A DNA stretch of 64,000 nucleotides from an uncultured Rhodobacteraceae bacterium. Lineage in GTDB: Bacteria; Pseudomonadota; Alphaproteobacteria; Rhodobacterales; Rhodobacteraceae. Location: positions 34,444-98,443 of the forward strand of contig CALSOO010000011.1 of assembly GCA_943787985.1 (NCBI GenBank), written 5' to 3'. Under the pieces are notes generated by a model. The model made no database searches. It was not told the origin of the DNA and saw nothing but the letters and a program-made list of their open reading frames with translations. Positions 9,384 to 19,100 of this stretch are shown piece after piece (position 1 is the first letter of the stretch; every line of letters begins with the position of its first letter). The position numbers were made by a program, and so were the translations under genes.

Positions 9384-10189
9384 TTGATCCCTGCACGCAG
9401 GAACGCTTGTACGAACTGGCGTTGAAAGATGAGGAACGCGATCAATAGCGGTGCGACGGACATCAACGTGGCCGCCGAAATCACGCTGATATCAACGCCG
9501 TTTTCAGGGGCACCAAAGATCGACAAGCCAACCGTCAGGGGGCGCGTCTCAGGCGAATTGGTAACAATGAGCGGCCAAAGGAAATTGTTCCAATGAGTGG
9601 ACACCGAAACAAGCGCGTAAGCCAGATACGTGGGTTTCGCCAGTGGAACATAGACGCGCCACAAGATGCCCAATAACCCACAGCCTTCGATCCGTGCTGC
9701 CTCGTGCAATTCAATCGGCACGCCTTTGAACGCTTGGCGCATCAGGAAAATACCAAACGCGGATGCCATGTAGGGCATGCCAACGCCGAGGATCGTGTCG
9801 AACAGACCAAGGCGCGACACCATCGCGTAGTTTTCCACGATCAGTACTTCTGGCAGAATGAACAGTTGCATTAGCACCAGAATGAACACGAAATCCTTGC
9901 CGGGAAATTGCAGTTGCGCAAAGGCAAATCCTGCCAAGGTCACCAGTATAAATTGACCGATCAGGATGACCGTCACCAAGCTGAACGTATTGATGAAGTA
10001 TTTGAGCCAAGGCGCGCCGTTCCAGGCAACGATGAAGTTATCCATGGTCCACGGTGAAAACAAACGCAGGTTAACCGCATCGGATGTGGAATGGGTCGCA
10101 GCCCAAAACGCAAACAGCAGCGGTGAAATCCAGATGACGGCCAAAAGGATCGCGCCGAAACTGTCCATGAAATTGCCAAAACGCTTCAT
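9380..10189 (-). CDS. carbohydrate/glycerophosphodiester-type ABC transporter permease (UgpE/MalG-like)
   Basis: 269 aa, 6 predicted TM segments, EAA-loop region HEAARIEGCGLLGILWRVYVPLAKP. Coupled by 4-nt overlaps to both neighbours. Confidence 0.9.
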   Translation of the reverse strand: MKRFGNFMDSFGAILLAVIWISPLLFAFWAATHSTSDAVNLRLFSPWTMDNFIVAWNGAPWLKYFINTFSLVTVILIGQFILVTLAGFAFAQLQFPGKDFVFILVLMQLFILPEVLIVENYAMVSRLGLFDTILGVGMPYMASAFGIFLMRQAFKGVPIELHEAARIEGCGLLGILWRVYVPLAKPTYLAYALVSVSTHWNNFLWPLIVTNSPETRPLTVGLSIFGAPENGVDISVISAATLMSVAPLLIAFLIFQRQFVQAFLRAGIK

Positions 10190-11079
10190 TGGTAATGCGT
10201 CCTTTTATCAAGATACAGGAACTTTGCAGCGGCCACGATGGCCAGCACTCCGATTACAAGGATCGTCATGGCGGCGGCCTGTGGCGCGTCAAAGAACGCG
10301 AACGCCATTTCCCAGATGTAATAGAGCAACAATTTGGACGCGTCCGACGGCCCACCCTTCGTCAGAATAAACAAATGGTCGATTAGTTTTACCGAATTGA
10401 TCAGCGCATTGATCGCAATGAAAATTGTAGTAGGCATCAACAACGGCAACACAATGCGACGGGTATAGGTCCAGCGACTGGTCCCTTCGATGTCTGCGGC
10501 TTCTTTGAGGTCCTCAGGGATCGTTTGAAGTGCGGCGAGGTAAAATATCATAAAGAATCCCGCCTCTTTCCAGATCGTCACAATGATAATCGCCCAAAGC
10601 GCGGTTTCCGGTTGTCCCAGCCAGTTGATCGACGGCAAACCAAAGACGCTGCCGATCTGATCAAGCACGCCCAAGCCAGGGGTATAAAAGAACAGCCACA
10701 GGTTGGCGGCGGCGATCATCGGCAGCACGGTCGGGGTGAAATAGGCGGTGCGCACAAATCCGCGAGCGGATATCTTGCCATTCGCCCACAGCGCCATCGC
10801 CAACGCGATCGCCATGGATACAGGGATGGTGACGCCCGCATACAAAAGGTTGTTCTTAACGACGATCCAAAACGTCGGGTCAGCGAACAGTTCAGTATAG
10901 TTTCCTGTGCCGATATATTCGACCGGATTGCGGCGCGTGCCCCGTGAAAAAAGGCTCGACCAGAGGGTCGACATGGTCGGATAGAACGCAAAGACCGACA
11001 ACAGAACGAGGGCCGGCGTGAGCAAAAGCCAGCCATAAATGGCCTGCCTGCGGCGTTCTAGATTGGCATGTGCTGACAT
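10186..11079 (-). CDS. ABC transporter permease (UgpA/MalF-like)
   Basis: 297 aa. EAA motif EAADIEGTSRWTYTRRIVLPLLMP and a multi-TM profile. Confidence 0.9.
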   Translation of the reverse strand: MSAHANLERRRQAIYGWLLLTPALVLLSVFAFYPTMSTLWSSLFSRGTRRNPVEYIGTGNYTELFADPTFWIVVKNNLLYAGVTIPVSMAIALAMALWANGKISARGFVRTAYFTPTVLPMIAAANLWLFFYTPGLGVLDQIGSVFGLPSINWLGQPETALWAIIIVTIWKEAGFFMIFYLAALQTIPEDLKEAADIEGTSRWTYTRRIVLPLLMPTTIFIAINALINSVKLIDHLFILTKGGPSDASKLLLYYIWEMAFAFFDAPQAAAMTILVIGVLAIVAAAKFLYLDKRTHYQ

Positions 11080-11148
11080 GGCGTGTCCTCGCGAGGTTTA
11101 AGAGTGGTCGGGCCGATGCGACCATGCACCGGCCCGTCCGGGAGGTGG

Positions 11149-12408
11149 TTACTGGTAGTCAGACAGCAGGCGCACCGCAGCGGCCTGCGCCTCGCCCAAG
11201 GCTTCGGCTGGTTCTTTAGCCCCTGTCAAAGCAGATTGGATCGCGCTGTTCAGACCGTCGCGAACACGTGCAGTCTCGAATGTTGAAAATTCGGCAACTG
11301 CGTTTTCCAACTGGTTGCGCGCCACAAGAGCAGGCGGGAATTCAGCGACATAGGCCTTCAACGCGTCAGTCTCATAGGCTGCGGGCGATACACCCATGTA
11401 GCCAGTTGCGATGGACCATGCGGCCGCCTGCTCTGGTGCAGTCATGAACTGCATCAACTTCAGCGCGGCGGCGCGTTCTTCATCCGTTGTGTCTTGGAAC
11501 AGATAGAAGTTACCACCACCAGTTGGTGATCCAAGACGCACATTGCCCGGAAGTTCTGCGACGCCAAAATCAAAGCTGGCGCCATTTTTGACGGCGGTCA
11601 GGTTGCCTGTGGAATGCCACATCATCGCGGTCTGGCCTTCAAGGAACGCCTGACGCAATGTGCCCCATTCAACGGTTCCCTCAGGCATAATGCCGTGTTC
11701 GCCCGACAAGGATTTCCAGAACTCCAGCGTTTCAACGACAGTCTCGTCGTCGAAATAAGTGGTCAAACCATCACCGGACATGACCTCTTTGCCGTTCTGG
11801 ATCGCGAGCGCTTGGAACATCCAATATGGATAGCCCGTGGACGGGATCATCAGACCGTACGTTTCGTCATTGGTCAGGGCTTTGCCCATCTCGATCATTT
11901 CGTCCCACGTGGTTGGGGGGGCTTCCGGATCAAGGCCAGCAGCGCGGAACAGATCCTTGTTATAATAGGCAACAATGGTCGAACGCTGGAACGGAATGCC
12001 CCATGTCTGGCCTTCGATTTGGCTGTTGGCCATCAAGGCTGGGTAAAAGCTATTCAGCCATTCCTTGTCCGCGTCTGTGGTGGCGACCTCCTCAAATGGA
12101 ACGATCAGTTCCTGTTCAATCAGGTCATATGCGTCGATGGAAAACATCACAGCCAGTTGCGCAGATTCACCGGACGCCAACGCGGACAATGCACGTACGC
12201 GCGTGTCGTCATAGTTCCCCGAATAGATCGCTGTGACGTTGATGTCAGGGTTTTCAACCTCAAAGTCAGCGACGATCCCGTCGACAACTTCGGTCAGTGA
12301 TCCACCCACTGCGATGGGGTAATACATCGTCAGTTCAGTTTGCGCGTGTGCAGTTGTGACGGCCATCGCGGTCGCCAGACCAAGTGCAGTAGTTGAGAAT
12401 AGTTTCAT
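11149..12408 (-). CDS. ABC transporter substrate-binding protein (family 1 extracellular solute-binding)
   Basis: 419 aa with signal peptide MKLFSTTALGLATAMAVTTAHAQ. Typical SBP_bac_1-like sequence, sitting upstream of the two permeases. Confidence 0.9.
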   Translation of the reverse strand: MKLFSTTALGLATAMAVTTAHAQTELTMYYPIAVGGSLTEVVDGIVADFEVENPDINVTAIYSGNYDDTRVRALSALASGESAQLAVMFSIDAYDLIEQELIVPFEEVATTDADKEWLNSFYPALMANSQIEGQTWGIPFQRSTIVAYYNKDLFRAAGLDPEAPPTTWDEMIEMGKALTNDETYGLMIPSTGYPYWMFQALAIQNGKEVMSGDGLTTYFDDETVVETLEFWKSLSGEHGIMPEGTVEWGTLRQAFLEGQTAMMWHSTGNLTAVKNGASFDFGVAELPGNVRLGSPTGGGNFYLFQDTTDEERAAALKLMQFMTAPEQAAAWSIATGYMGVSPAAYETDALKAYVAEFPPALVARNQLENAVAEFSTFETARVRDGLNSAIQSALTGAKEPAEALGEAQAAAVRLLSDYQ

Positions 12409-12454
12409 GTTGTCCTCCCTAGGATTTTCAGTCGTCTTCTAGCCACCGCAGATC

Positions 12455-13480
12455 TTATGTCTGCGTCGCTATTCTTTGCCCTGACGCATCAAAAACGTGC
12501 AGGTGTTCGTCAGTAAACGTGATGTCGATGGTGTCGCCTTCCGGCATCAATGCCATGCCGGATTTCAAGACACACAACCCCGTCGCATGGGCGTGATCCA
12601 GACCAATTAGCGTCTCGGAACCCAGAAATTCACTTTCGGTGATCGTGCAGGTCAAACGCCCTTCGCCTTTGGGGACGATTTGGATATTTTCTGCGCGGAT
12701 GCCAAGTCTTTGCCCCGCTTCAAATCCGCTTAGCCCGTCCGACGAAATCAATGCCATCGCCGGTGCCCCGACAAATTCGGCGACAAAGGTATTATTGGGT
12801 TTGTTGTATAACTCCTCTGGCGGGCCGACCTGTTGGATATGGCCGTCTTTCATCAGCACAACAGTATCCGCCATGCTCATGGCTTCGGTCTGATCATGGG
12901 TTACATAGACGACTGTAATACCTAGATCACGCTGTAGTTTTTTAATATCTTTGCGGACGGAATTGCGCAGCTTTGCATCCAGGTTCGACAAGGGTTCGTC
13001 CATGAGGCACAGACGTTGCCCCGCAACAATTGCGCGGGCCAGAGCCACACGCTGGCGTTGACCGCCGGACAATTCGCCCGGTTTGCGATCTTCATAACCA
13101 AGCAGCCCTGTGATTTCCAAGGCGCGGTGTAGTTTCTTTTGGCGCTCTAGCTTTGGCACGCGGCGGACCTTTAGGCCAAAGACGACATTTTCAGCCACCG
13201 ACAAATGCGGGAACAGCGCGTAAGACTGGAACACCATCGACAGGTTCCGGTCAGACGCAGCACTTGTGGTGACGTCTTTGCCGTCGATAAAGATTTTACC
13301 CTCATCGGGCAGTTCTAACCCCGCAAGCAAACGCAATGTCGTGGATTTACCACACCCCGAAGGGCCAAGCAGCGCCGTAAAGCTGCCCTCGGGAATATCA
13401 AGCGTGATACCCTCAACGCCAAGCTGGCCATTCCAGCGTTTGGCCACATCTTTTATTGCTACAAAGGGGCCGGTCGTCAT
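12455..13480 (-). CDS. ABC transporter ATP-binding protein (UgpC/MalK-like)
   Basis: Walker A GPSGCGKST, signature LSGGQRQR, Walker B LCLMDEP, and a C-terminal TOBE-like regulatory domain. Confidence 0.9.
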   Translation of the reverse strand: MTTGPFVAIKDVAKRWNGQLGVEGITLDIPEGSFTALLGPSGCGKSTTLRLLAGLELPDEGKIFIDGKDVTTSAASDRNLSMVFQSYALFPHLSVAENVVFGLKVRRVPKLERQKKLHRALEITGLLGYEDRKPGELSGGQRQRVALARAIVAGQRLCLMDEPLSNLDAKLRNSVRKDIKKLQRDLGITVVYVTHDQTEAMSMADTVVLMKDGHIQQVGPPEELYNKPNNTFVAEFVGAPAMALISSDGLSGFEAGQRLGIRAENIQIVPKGEGRLTCTITESEFLGSETLIGLDHAHATGLCVLKSGMALMPEGDTIDITFTDEHLHVFDASGQRIATQT

Positions 13481-14256
13481 ATTGCTTCTCCTTCGGCTAC
13501 AAGCAGCCTGTCGTTGATCTTATCCATCAGCGGCGAAAATGCCGGAGGCGGGCGGCGGTCAATGATGACCGTGTCGATGTCAGCGATATCGTCACCCAGC
13601 GCCGGCGCGTGACGTCCAAATTTTGAATGATCCACCACCAGCAGCGAATGTTGCGCGTTTTTGCAAAGCTTTTGTGTCGCCCGTACTTCAGTGGTGTGAA
13701 ATTCTAGAAGGCCACCATCGCTGGCGATACCTGCGGTACCAAACACGGCAAAATCGGCCCTGTAGCGTCCAAAGAAATCCAAGACTTCATTACCAAGTAT
13801 GTCGCGATCGGGAAGACGCAGCTCGCCGCCGGGTAACAGGATCCTGTTTGAGACTTCCTCACTCAATGCCATTGCTGCACTAAGATTGTTGGTGATCACA
13901 GTCAGACCCTTACGGTGACGCAAGGCTTGCGCAACGCTCAGCGGGGTCGATCCGATCGAAATGAACAATGATGACCCATCAGGGATCAGTTTCGCCGCCG
14001 CGTCACCGATCGCGCGCTTGCCCAGTAGGTTGGTGCCCGCTCGTTGATCAAAAGGCGTGTTCAAGAATTCTTCGCTCAGCTCAATTCGGCCATGCACACG
14101 GTGGAGCATCTCACCCTCACACAGGGTATCCACGTCGCGGCGAATGGTTTGCATGGAAACATCAAAACGATCAGCCAAGGACCCGACGGTCACAGCGCCC
14201 TGCTCTACAACAAGGGCAGCGATAGCCTCTCTGCGTCTGGCTTTCTTGGATGACAT
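13477..14256 (-). CDS. DeoR/GlpR family transcriptional regulator
   Basis: N-terminal HTH (VTVGSLADRFDVSMQTIRRDVDTL) plus a DeoR C-terminal sugar-phosphate sensor domain. First gene of the transporter operon. Confidence 0.9.
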   Translation of the reverse strand: MSSKKARRREAIAALVVEQGAVTVGSLADRFDVSMQTIRRDVDTLCEGEMLHRVHGRIELSEEFLNTPFDQRAGTNLLGKRAIGDAAAKLIPDGSSLFISIGSTPLSVAQALRHRKGLTVITNNLSAAMALSEEVSNRILLPGGELRLPDRDILGNEVLDFFGRYRADFAVFGTAGIASDGGLLEFHTTEVRATQKLCKNAQHSLLVVDHSKFGRHAPALGDDIADIDTVIIDRRPPPAFSPLMDKINDRLLVAEGEAI

Positions 14257-14501
14257 TCAAACCTCGTCTGTGCCGATGGTTTACATTAGGTTCAAAAAAA
14301 CAACAAAACAACATTTTAATATTACATTTCTACAATTAGGCCTCAAATATCTGAATAATAAGCATAATTTATAAATTCGCAACAGTATTTAGGTTAAAAA
14401 TCACCCCAAATGCCGTATTTTTGTTGTTTCTTCTTTCCCTACAACTTTTTTCTCGTAAGGTGGACCCACGCTGCAAAGTGGCTAACTTCAGATGGAAAAT
14501 C

Positions 14502-15386
14502 ATGCAAACAACACAGTCAATCTTTGATAGGTACGAGGAAATAAGTGAGCGATTGCCCAATGTTACATCGCGATCTGACACGTTGGACATTGCATCACTG
14601 CTAGATATTACCAACGACATCGACGCGTTCGTTTTTGATGCGTTCGGAGTGTTGAATGTGGGCGAAACAATGATTCCCGGTGCAGACCGCAGGCTGGATC
14701 AACTTCGCGAACGTGGTTGCGCAATCCGTATTTTGACGAATGCCGCCAGCTATGATCGTGCCGGAGCGATCGACAAATTCAAACGGCTTGGGCTGACGGT
14801 CGAAGACGATGAAATTATCACCAGCCGCGAAGCCGCATTGTTGCATTTAACGGCGGGCCATTGGGGCGTGATTTCTGCGACTTCAGACGATCTAAGCGAC
14901 CTGCCAGAAAGCGCAAGTCGCCTCGAAGATTCCTCGGATGTCTACGACACGGTAGACCATTTCCTTTTTCTTTCTACCGCAGAATGGACGCCTGTCCGTC
15001 AAGACCTGCTGATGGCGGCGATGACCACACGCCCTCGTCCCCTTTTGATCGGGAACGCCGATCTTGCAGCGCCACGCGACGACGGGTTTTCTATTGAGCC
15101 TGGTCACTATGGCCACCTCATCGCGGATAAATTCCCGGACCACGTCCGTTTCTTCGGCAAACCCTTCCCAGAAGTCTACGACCTCATTGAGGCGTCGTTA
15201 CCTGATGTACCATCAGCTCGCATAGCGATGTGTGGCGACACGTTGCACACTGATATATTGGGTGCTGCCGCGCGTGGTTGGCGAACGGTTCTCGTCACCC
15301 AAGACGGCCTATTCGCAGGTCACGAAACGAGCGTATTCTCAGCTAAATCCAACCTTTTTGCGGACTGGCGACTGGAACGCATCTAA
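14502..15386 (+). CDS. HAD-superfamily class IIA hydrolase
   Basis: Start taken at ATG 14502 within ORF 14421-15386. HAD motif I FVFDAFGVLN, motif II ILTNAAS, and C-terminal GDTLHTDILGA. Confidence 0.75.
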   Translation: MQTTQSIFDRYEEISERLPNVTSRSDTLDIASLLDITNDIDAFVFDAFGVLNVGETMIPGADRRLDQLRERGCAIRILTNAASYDRAGAIDKFKRLGLTVEDDEIITSREAALLHLTAGHWGVISATSDDLSDLPESASRLEDSSDVYDTVDHFLFLSTAEWTPVRQDLLMAAMTTRPRPLLIGNADLAAPRDDGFSIEPGHYGHLIADKFPDHVRFFGKPFPEVYDLIEASLPDVPSARIAMCGDTLHTDILGAAARGWRTVLVTQDGLFAGHETSVFSAKSNLFADWRLERI

Positions 15387-15713
15387 ACGACCGGTTTGGC
15401 GAAACTTGCTACACCACCAAAGGAAGGCGATCCAGTTGCGAGCAATTGCTGCGTGAGCATTAGCTGCACCTGCACAAGTCCGGTTTGTCCGGCATTGTGT
15501 AAGTTCAGGCATGGTGCAGCGAAGGGCATGAAAGCCCCCTGCCCGCGTATGTCAATCGCAGAGTAAAAAGGGGCCAAGTCGCGGCTTAAAACGGGTCCAC
15601 TGAGCTATCGCTTTTTGTGCGCTTTGGCGCGAGTGCTCCCCATATAGCTAACGCGTGCCAAAGCGCATGTTGGCCCTTTGGCCAACATTATTTTGATCTG
15701 GATAGAGCTTTGA

Positions 15714-16466
15714 TTACTTTTGCTTGCTGCGGCTGTGTTTGAGACGGTAACTTTCGCCGTTCATCTCGAGAATGTGGACGTGGTGGGTCAAGCGATCCAG
15801 CAATGCGCCGGTCAGGCGCTCGGAGCCGAAGACTTCAGTCCATTCGTCGAAGGGCAGATTTGATGTGATGATGATGGATCCGCGCTCATAGCATTGGGAT
15901 ATGACCTCGAAGAGGAGCTCCGCGCCAGATTTGCTGAGCGGCACGAAGCCCAACTCGTCGATGATCAACAGGTTTTGACTGGTGAGTTGTTTCTGCAGAC
16001 GTTGCAACCTTCGCTCATCTTGCGCCTCGATCAGGTCATGGACCAATGCCGCAGCCGTCGTGAAGCGCACCTTCAGCCCTCTTTGGCATGCGGCCAATCC
16101 AAGCCCCAAAGCGATATGTGTTTTGCCAGTCCCTGATGGTCCAAGGGCGATGATGTTTTCTCTGCGATCCATATACTCACACCGCGCCAGCTCCATGGTC
16201 AGAGGCTTGTTCAGGCTGGGCATTATCTTGAAGTCAAAGCTGTCCAGACTTTTGGTGCTGGGGAACTTGGCGGCCTTGATGCGCCGTTCAATCATTCGCC
16301 GTTCGCGGTCAATCAGCTCCATCTCACATAGCCGCGCCAGATATTGGACGTGGTCTTTGTTCTCGGCGGCACAAAGCTGTGCTTGCTTTGCGTACTCTCC
16401 TTTGAACGTCGGCAAACGCAATGTCTTGAGGTGGTGATGCAGCAGGATTTGAGGCGCGTCGGTCAT
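15714..16466 (-). CDS. istB: IS21-family helper ATPase IstB
   Basis: Start ATG 16466 overlaps the istA stop (ATGA). Walker A GPSGTGKTH, Walker B LLIIDELG, and typical LKTLRLPTFKGEY and LLDRLTHH motifs. Confidence 0.9.
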   Translation of the reverse strand: MTDAPQILLHHHLKTLRLPTFKGEYAKQAQLCAAENKDHVQYLARLCEMELIDRERRMIERRIKAAKFPSTKSLDSFDFKIMPSLNKPLTMELARCEYMDRRENIIALGPSGTGKTHIALGLGLAACQRGLKVRFTTAAALVHDLIEAQDERRLQRLQKQLTSQNLLIIDELGFVPLSKSGAELLFEVISQCYERGSIIITSNLPFDEWTEVFGSERLTGALLDRLTHHVHILEMNGESYRLKHSRSKQK

Positions 16467-17962
16467 GCCGCTGTCCCTCCCATCAGGCTCATGTAGCTGG
16501 CCGGGCGGGTTGTGCCCACATTGGCCTTGGGCAAATACGGATAGAAGTCCAAATCCAGCCGTGGTGGTCGCTTTTCGACCCGACACAGCACAAGATGTTT
16601 AACAGCGTCATAACCGATCGCACCCAGATCAATGGCATGGCTGATTGCACCCTGCACGACGTCGACCTCGAAGGTTTCCAAAAGGCGCAGAACTTGCACG
16701 TATTCCCGCTTGCCCGGTTTGCCCATTCGGGCTTCGAGCAGCCGGTGCAGGGTCGCGAAGACATCTGGCAAATCCCAGCCCTGTAACGGCGCGGCCTGAT
16801 CCAATGCACCAACCTTTTGTTCAATCAAAGGCAAAAAGTGGAGCGGGTCGAAGATCATATCTGCGGATGCATAGGATCGTTCGTGTCGTGCAATCACCTC
16901 ATTGCCGCAACCGATCAGGACCTCATGCACAAAGCCACGCACATGGACGTCGTGATGCGCATACGCCACCGGCACAGAGTAATCATTGCCGCGATATCGC
17001 ACCATCGAGATCGAGGTTGCCCGTGTACTGACATGATCGCAGGCTTCATATTCTGCGACGGGCAATCCCATCAGCGCATCCAAGTCGGACATCAAACGCT
17101 TACCGATGGACATGTCATGGCCGCGCAACGTATCGCCCTGACGCGCCAAACATTTCTCTTCCAGATGGGCGTTCAGATCATCAAAGCTGTCATAACGCGG
17201 CGCGGGCACCATGAAGTTGCGACGTGTGTAACCAACCATCCCCTCAACATTGCCTTTGTCGTTCCCGCGAGCGGGCCGCCCAAACTTGTCATCAAACAGG
17301 TAGTGCGACTGCAACTCTGTGAACCGACGCGTCCGGACACGGGTGCGCTCACCCAGAATCCGCGCCACGGCGATCTTGGTGTTATCGTAGAGAATGGATT
17401 GGGGAATGCCGCCGAAGAAAGCAAAGGCCGACACGTGGCCATCGCAAAACGCCTCGGTCGTCTCAGCAGGATATCCCTTCACAAACACCGCATCCGAATG
17501 CGGTAAACTCATCACAAAGAAGTGGATCTTGCATTCTACGCCGCCAATCACCCCAAGTGTCTCGCCAAAGTCCACTTGCGCGTGCCCTGGCCGATGCGAC
17601 AGCGGTACAAACACTTCTTTGGTGCGTCGCTTTTGTTCGCGCACGTAATAGGTCACCGTGGTCAGGCTGCCTGCGTATCCGTGTTCGTCGCGCAACCGTT
17701 CAAAAATCCGCTTCGCGGTGTGCCGCTGCTTTTTGATCAGGGCTTTATCCGTCCGCAAAATCTCATCAATGACACCGACATAACCATCAAGCGTTGGTCG
17801 CCGTGGGGCTTCTGAACGGCGATACCCTGGCGGCAAAGCATGACGCAGCATCTTCGCTATCGTCTTGCGGTCCTTGTTGAAATAACGGGCCGCCGCACGA
17901 ACAGACATACCGTCCTTCAAACACGCACGGCGCACACGACTATAAATATCCACAGAATACAT
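16463..17962 (-). CDS. istA: IS21-family transposase IstA
   Basis: 499 aa. N-terminal HTH (GMSVRAAARYFNKDRKTIAKML) and a DDE integrase core (QVDFGE..., YDNTK...). Classic IstA layout. Confidence 0.9.
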   Translation of the reverse strand: MYSVDIYSRVRRACLKDGMSVRAAARYFNKDRKTIAKMLRHALPPGYRRSEAPRRPTLDGYVGVIDEILRTDKALIKKQRHTAKRIFERLRDEHGYAGSLTTVTYYVREQKRRTKEVFVPLSHRPGHAQVDFGETLGVIGGVECKIHFFVMSLPHSDAVFVKGYPAETTEAFCDGHVSAFAFFGGIPQSILYDNTKIAVARILGERTRVRTRRFTELQSHYLFDDKFGRPARGNDKGNVEGMVGYTRRNFMVPAPRYDSFDDLNAHLEEKCLARQGDTLRGHDMSIGKRLMSDLDALMGLPVAEYEACDHVSTRATSISMVRYRGNDYSVPVAYAHHDVHVRGFVHEVLIGCGNEVIARHERSYASADMIFDPLHFLPLIEQKVGALDQAAPLQGWDLPDVFATLHRLLEARMGKPGKREYVQVLRLLETFEVDVVQGAISHAIDLGAIGYDAVKHLVLCRVEKRPPRLDLDFYPYLPKANVGTTRPASYMSLMGGTAA

Positions 17963-18560
17963 CTCCCGCCCTCCGATAACTCGAAGGGCACAAACTGGCG
18001 GACTTTTACTCCGCTACAACCGCGCTAAGCAGTCGTTTCTGTGGCCCATTATTGCTCCGCGTTTTACATCTTCGGATGTTCATGAAATTGTCGCTCATGC
18101 AGCAGCCTATCATACTAAGATCGCTGTTTTGTTTTACCCCGATGAAGCACGCATCGGCATCCGTTCGCTTGGAACAGCGTCTACTGGCTGTCGTCTGTGG
18201 GCCGTTGGTTTGTCTTTTACAAATATGATTGAAGATATCCGTGAGGGATTGATCGCAGCCGGTGTAACGGTCGGCATTTCGGCTGATGCTTAGCTATTTC
18301 CCCCGCAAAGTGACATCTGGCACGTTCATGTAACTATTTTGTCGATACTTAGTTGTTTGATTTCAGTCGTTTTCACATGGGACCGCGACATAAATCGGAA
18401 TACTTGCGCGGAGTTCATAAAAAAGTCATAGTTTCAATGCCTTAGAAGAAAAAACCTTCGCTGTAGTAGTCAACAGGTGTAGAGAATATCGGCTCGGAGA
18501 GAACGCTTTGGACCCTCCTAGCACCGGGGCCGGTGTTCAGCCCCACCCGCATAACCCTCG

Positions 18561-18592
18561 AAAACAACGGAAAAATCCGGCCTCAGCCGGAT
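18561..18592 (-). terminator. orphan rho-independent terminator in non-coding gap
   Basis: On the minus strand: ATCCGGC-tgag-GCCGGAT followed by TTTTTCCGTTGTTTTCG. There is no convincing ORF between it and the TPP-enzyme stop 500 bp upstream. Confidence 0.5.
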
Positions 18593-19100
18593 CGGGAGAA
18601 ACTTTTCTGTAGGGCAAGTGGCGGAGGGAACGGGACCCCCGTCGAATCTTCTCTACTCCTAACTCATTGATATTTATGCACATGAAGATTAGGAAGAGGA
18701 GATGTCGTCTTCGGACATTCCGTGCGCCCTGTCTCAACGATAATGATGCGGACTTTGTTGTCATTGGGTTCTCCACCTTTGCTGACGCAGCATTGCTTTG
18801 CGCTTGCGGCAAGCACTTCACTGCAATGCGGCTCAAGTCGCGGAAGCGGTCGTAGCTTGGAAAGTAAGTCCGGAATTGCAGACTGTTTAATCGCGACGCG
18901 TGATTTCAGCACACGAGGCACGTAACGTAATGGCGACGTTCAGATGTGCATCGAAGACAGGTTGGGACAAGCCCTCGTTTTCCGAGCGCACAAGCCAATG
19001 CTGCCTGTATGATCATTTTCTGAACGTTGTCGTGATATTGTCTAAGCTAAGACCTTCGTTCTAAGCGGACGCCGCACCAAAGTGCACCGTCCGCCTAAGA

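Larger units (their letters stand above)
15616..18060 (-). mobile_element. IS21-family insertion sequence (istA-istB), ends only approximate
   Basis: Intact istA and istB with an ATGA overlap. I could not define the terminal inverted repeats with confidence, so the coordinates bracket the plausible ends. Confidence 0.6.

Noticed and set aside
11080-11148. Intercistronic hairpin (CGGGCCG…CGGCCCG) between the SBP and permease genes as a terminator
   Set aside because: There is no T-tract. It is more likely an mRNA-stabilising or REP-like stem typical after SBP genes, so it is not listed as a feature.
15668-15689. Perfect 9-bp stem hairpin ATGTTGGCC-cttt-GGCCAACAT as a terminator
   Set aside because: It lies on the plus strand downstream of the HAD gene but 280 nt away, with only a weak T-run (ATTATTTTG). 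It may equally be part of the IS21 end region, so it was not called.
15687-18053. CATTATT at 15687-15693 and 18047-18053 as the IS21 target-site duplication
   Set aside because: The sequences just inside these positions are not inverted repeats of each other and do not start with the TG…CA typical of IS21 ends. A 7-mer match is weak evidence, so the IS ends are left approximate.
18601-18660. tRNA/tmRNA 3'-end-like sequence on the minus strand (…GACGGGGGTCCCGTTCCCTCCGCCA…), a possible att remnant
   Set aside because: The T-loop is not canonical (no TTCGA/TTCAA), the T-stem does not pair, and no acceptor 5' strand or anticodon arm can be built.
18781-18850. Hairpin resembling a group II intron domain V on the minus strand (GAGCCGCATTGCAG…)
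   Set aside because: The stem/bulge geometry and the conserved AGC triad/GNRA loop are absent. There is no RT/maturase ORF and no 5' GUGYG.
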